From: a virus
Taxonomy: Duplodnaviria > Heunggongvirae > Uroviricota > Caudoviricetes
Length of the DNA stretch: 64,000 bases
Reading direction: 5' to 3' (one strand)
Virus record (IMG/VR): IMGVR_UViG_3300031413_000001
Position 1 is the stretch's first letter; each line of letters begins with the position of its first letter. The translations under genes and the position numbers were made by a program. Below are positions 61,964 to 64,000 of this stretch, piece by piece. Below the pieces are notes generated by a model. That model searched no databases. It was not told the origin of the DNA and saw only the letters and a program-made list of their open reading frames with translations.

Positions 61964-63211
61964 TTACCAGTCGCTGCTCGAACCGCTGCTGTCATAGCTG
62001 CTCCCGCTGTAGCTGCTATATTCGTAGCCACGATTGTCTGTGAAGTTGCTCTGTCCACGAACCTTGGCCTTGGCAGCTTGGAGCAAGCGATCCTGCGCCA
62101 ATTTTTGCTGGCGGCGATTCTCGTCAACGTATGCCTGCTGCTCAGCAAGTCGAGCGGCCTGCTTCTTTGCTGCAAGCCACAAGTTGGCTTCCTGTGCGGT
62201 TGGAAAGCCAGCGACCTCGTCGCCATACTGCACCATGACCAGATCGTGATGATCAAAGTTCTTTGCAATGGAGTACTCGTACTCTGCATAGTCCTGGGCC
62301 TGCTCGGCATCAAGACGATCAAGCTCTGCGAGTATCTCGTCAATGACCATTTCGGCATTCTTCTGCCGATGCTTGGCCGCGATCTCTTCGGCAGTTGCCT
62401 GACGAATTCCTGGGAAGCCAGTGACACCCTGGGGACCAACAGTCGGCGGAGGCAGAAGGCTCTGATCGACCAGCTCATCAGTCGAGAGGGGAATATAAAC
62501 CTTGGGCTGATAGTTCTCAGGAACAGTCCACCAGTCGGGAGCCAGCGTGGGCTCAGCGAGGATGCCACGAGGATTAAGCCAGAAGGCATCCGGGGTCATC
62601 CAATACAGATCATTGTTTTTGCGCTGCTGGGCTTCACTCCAGTAGGGGTTGACTTTGGGCTCCGGCTTTAGGACGATTGGTTCGCGAGGCTCCAGGATCT
62701 TAGTGATCGCTTCATCGATCTCCTTTTGACCATTCTGAAAGCCCTCAAGCCACTTCTTGTCCCGTGCGGCCCTGATCTCGTCACGATGCGTCCAAACGTA
62801 CCAGAACTTGCTGGCCGTGACCATCAGACCATCGCGGCCCAGGTTGATGTCCATTTGGTCCTCGACCACAACGGGGAGGTTGATCTTGGGGGCCTTGACC
62901 TCTGGGAGATTCTCAACCAGCGCCTTGCGGTACAGCTCACCCTTGCCAGTAAGCCAGTAGCGACCGTCCTCACGAACGCTCACGATGTTGAGGCGCTTCA
63001 TGTTCTTCATGGACTCAACTTCGCCACGAGGATCATAGAGATGTGCGCGGATCACGTAGCTTCGAACGTTGTCGGGCCAGGCTCCTGCGACGCCTTCTGC
63101 ATTTTGGATCAGGTCGATCTGATAGTCCGAGAGGCCAAGATCGGCCATCTGCAACCAGGTGTTCTGGTAGCGCACTGCCCTGACCGTTTCTCCTGCATCA
63201 ATATGCGACAC
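61964..63211 (-). CDS. hypothetical protein with Ser-rich SDW tail
   Basis: 415 aa; wHTH-like wing YWLTGKG near N-terminus. Confidence 0.7.
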   Translation of the reverse strand: MSHIDAGETVRAVRYQNTWLQMADLGLSDYQIDLIQNAEGVAGAWPDNVRSYVIRAHLYDPRGEVESMKNMKRLNIVSVREDGRYWLTGKGELYRKALVENLPEVKAPKINLPVVVEDQMDINLGRDGLMVTASKFWYVWTHRDEIRAARDKKWLEGFQNGQKEIDEAITKILEPREPIVLKPEPKVNPYWSEAQQRKNNDLYWMTPDAFWLNPRGILAEPTLAPDWWTVPENYQPKVYIPLSTDELVDQSLLPPPTVGPQGVTGFPGIRQATAEEIAAKHRQKNAEMVIDEILAELDRLDAEQAQDYAEYEYSIAKNFDHHDLVMVQYGDEVAGFPTAQEANLWLAAKKQAARLAEQQAYVDENRRQQKLAQDRLLQAAKAKVRGQSNFTDNRGYEYSSYSGSSYDSSGSSSDW

Positions 63212-63265
63212 CGTTGAACTCCTACTGCCCTCTATTCATCCACTTTATAACCTGGTTTCCAGTGT

Positions 63266-63928
63266 TCAACCGAAAAATACCAGTTCAAAGCGACGAACGA
63301 GGTCTTCATGGCCAGCAGCACGAATCAGCTTGATGACCTTTTCTTCAACGCCCTTGTACTTGCTATGAAGGACGCTCACAACCTTTAGACCTGTAGTGGG
63401 AGCCTCGGTCAAGCGCACGATTGCATCATCGGGGAACGGTACAACGCCAGCACGACATAGAGACCATGCCGCGCTGAGCAGCGCGCAGGTATGCTCCTCC
63501 CGATCATCCCACACGTTCTTGAGCCCGATGCGATCACCCATTGGGCTCTCAAACATCAGGACCTTTTTGTTTTCCTTTCGAATGGTCTGCCAGCTAAGAT
63601 ACTTCTGTGGAAGCTGACTTATGATCAGATCAGCCACGGGCGCCATCTTGCCCTCAAAGACCACAAAGTCAGGAGCAAGGCCACGCCGCAGAATGCAGCG
63701 GATAAACTCCGTGACGTCCAGGGTATTGGCCTTGACATGCAGCTCATCGATCAGGATAGCACTGACAACCAGCCCCGAGGGATCACTGTTCTTGTCCAGA
63801 TAGTCCTTCATGACGTCCAGGCTTTGGTGTTGCTCATCGCCAAACACCTCGTCGGCATAGATGTGCGCGAACTCCACGAACATGTCGGGGACTGGCAAGT
63901 TCCGCAGACCTGGAAGATGACTTCCCAT
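63266..63928 (-). CDS. putative nucleotidyltransferase-like enzyme
   Basis: VEFAHIY, ILIDE, PDFVVFE, CALLSAAW.L.R.G. Confidence 0.6.
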   Translation of the reverse strand: MGSHLPGLRNLPVPDMFVEFAHIYADEVFGDEQHQSLDVMKDYLDKNSDPSGLVVSAILIDELHVKANTLDVTEFIRCILRRGLAPDFVVFEGKMAPVADLIISQLPQKYLSWQTIRKENKKVLMFESPMGDRIGLKNVWDDREEHTCALLSAAWSLCRAGVVPFPDDAIVRLTEAPTTGLKVVSVLHSKYKGVEEKVIKLIRAAGHEDLVRRFELVFFG

Positions 63929-63999
63929 CAGAGACTCCACATGATCCAGAGGGGCCACAACACCACGACCAAGAAGACCAGGAACCAGATGGGGATAAA
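63928..63999 (-). CDS. 3' end of a membrane-protein gene (truncated by window)
   Basis: FIPIWFLVFLVVVLWPLWIMWSL* coupled (TGATG) to next gene. Confidence 0.45.
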   Translation of the reverse strand, partial: FIPIWFLVFLVVVLWPLWIMWSL

Positions 64000-64000
64000 C

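Noticed and set aside
1-64000. Genome-wide TAG reassignment (code 15) suggested by the CUA tRNA
   Set aside because: Long conserved genes are intact under code 11, coding density is already high, and TAG ends several genes where the next gene starts in another frame with its own RBS.

Overview
The window looks like part of a large (jumbo-type) dsDNA phage of an alphaproteobacterium, probably a sphingomonad. This is inferred from about 120 densely packed, mostly short unknown ORFs, a spanin pair, tail/virion-like Gly/Ser/Thr-rich genes, and host-like genes (class I LysRS, glycine-zipper protein, YciA, MetA-pathway beta-barrel, Bfd) scattered among phage-type genes. Recognisable functions are mostly translation and RNA maintenance: AspRS, class I LysRS, a shortened GluRS, Pth2, YqeY, Tpt1/KptA, a 2H phosphoesterase and a SpoT-like HD hydrolase. 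The RNA content is unusual: an amber (CUA) suppressor tRNA, a tRNA(UAU) with a two-hairpin variable region, a tRNA-like element with no anticodon loop at the end of a ~390-nt noncoding transcript, and at least three more promoter-led structured noncoding RNAs (6.9-7.85 kb and 11.0-11.2 kb). Recurrent regulatory motifs are GGTTGAC-N14-TGCTAACTCTGG promoters, GGAG-GAAA-CTCC hairpins, a GGAGATCG ribosome-binding motif, many leaderless genes, TAAATA late-type promoters and a CtrA box. Several unnamed paralogue families occur (KYGW, C-terminal DAxxFKL, WRDA). All calls come from reading motifs by eye; no searches were run.
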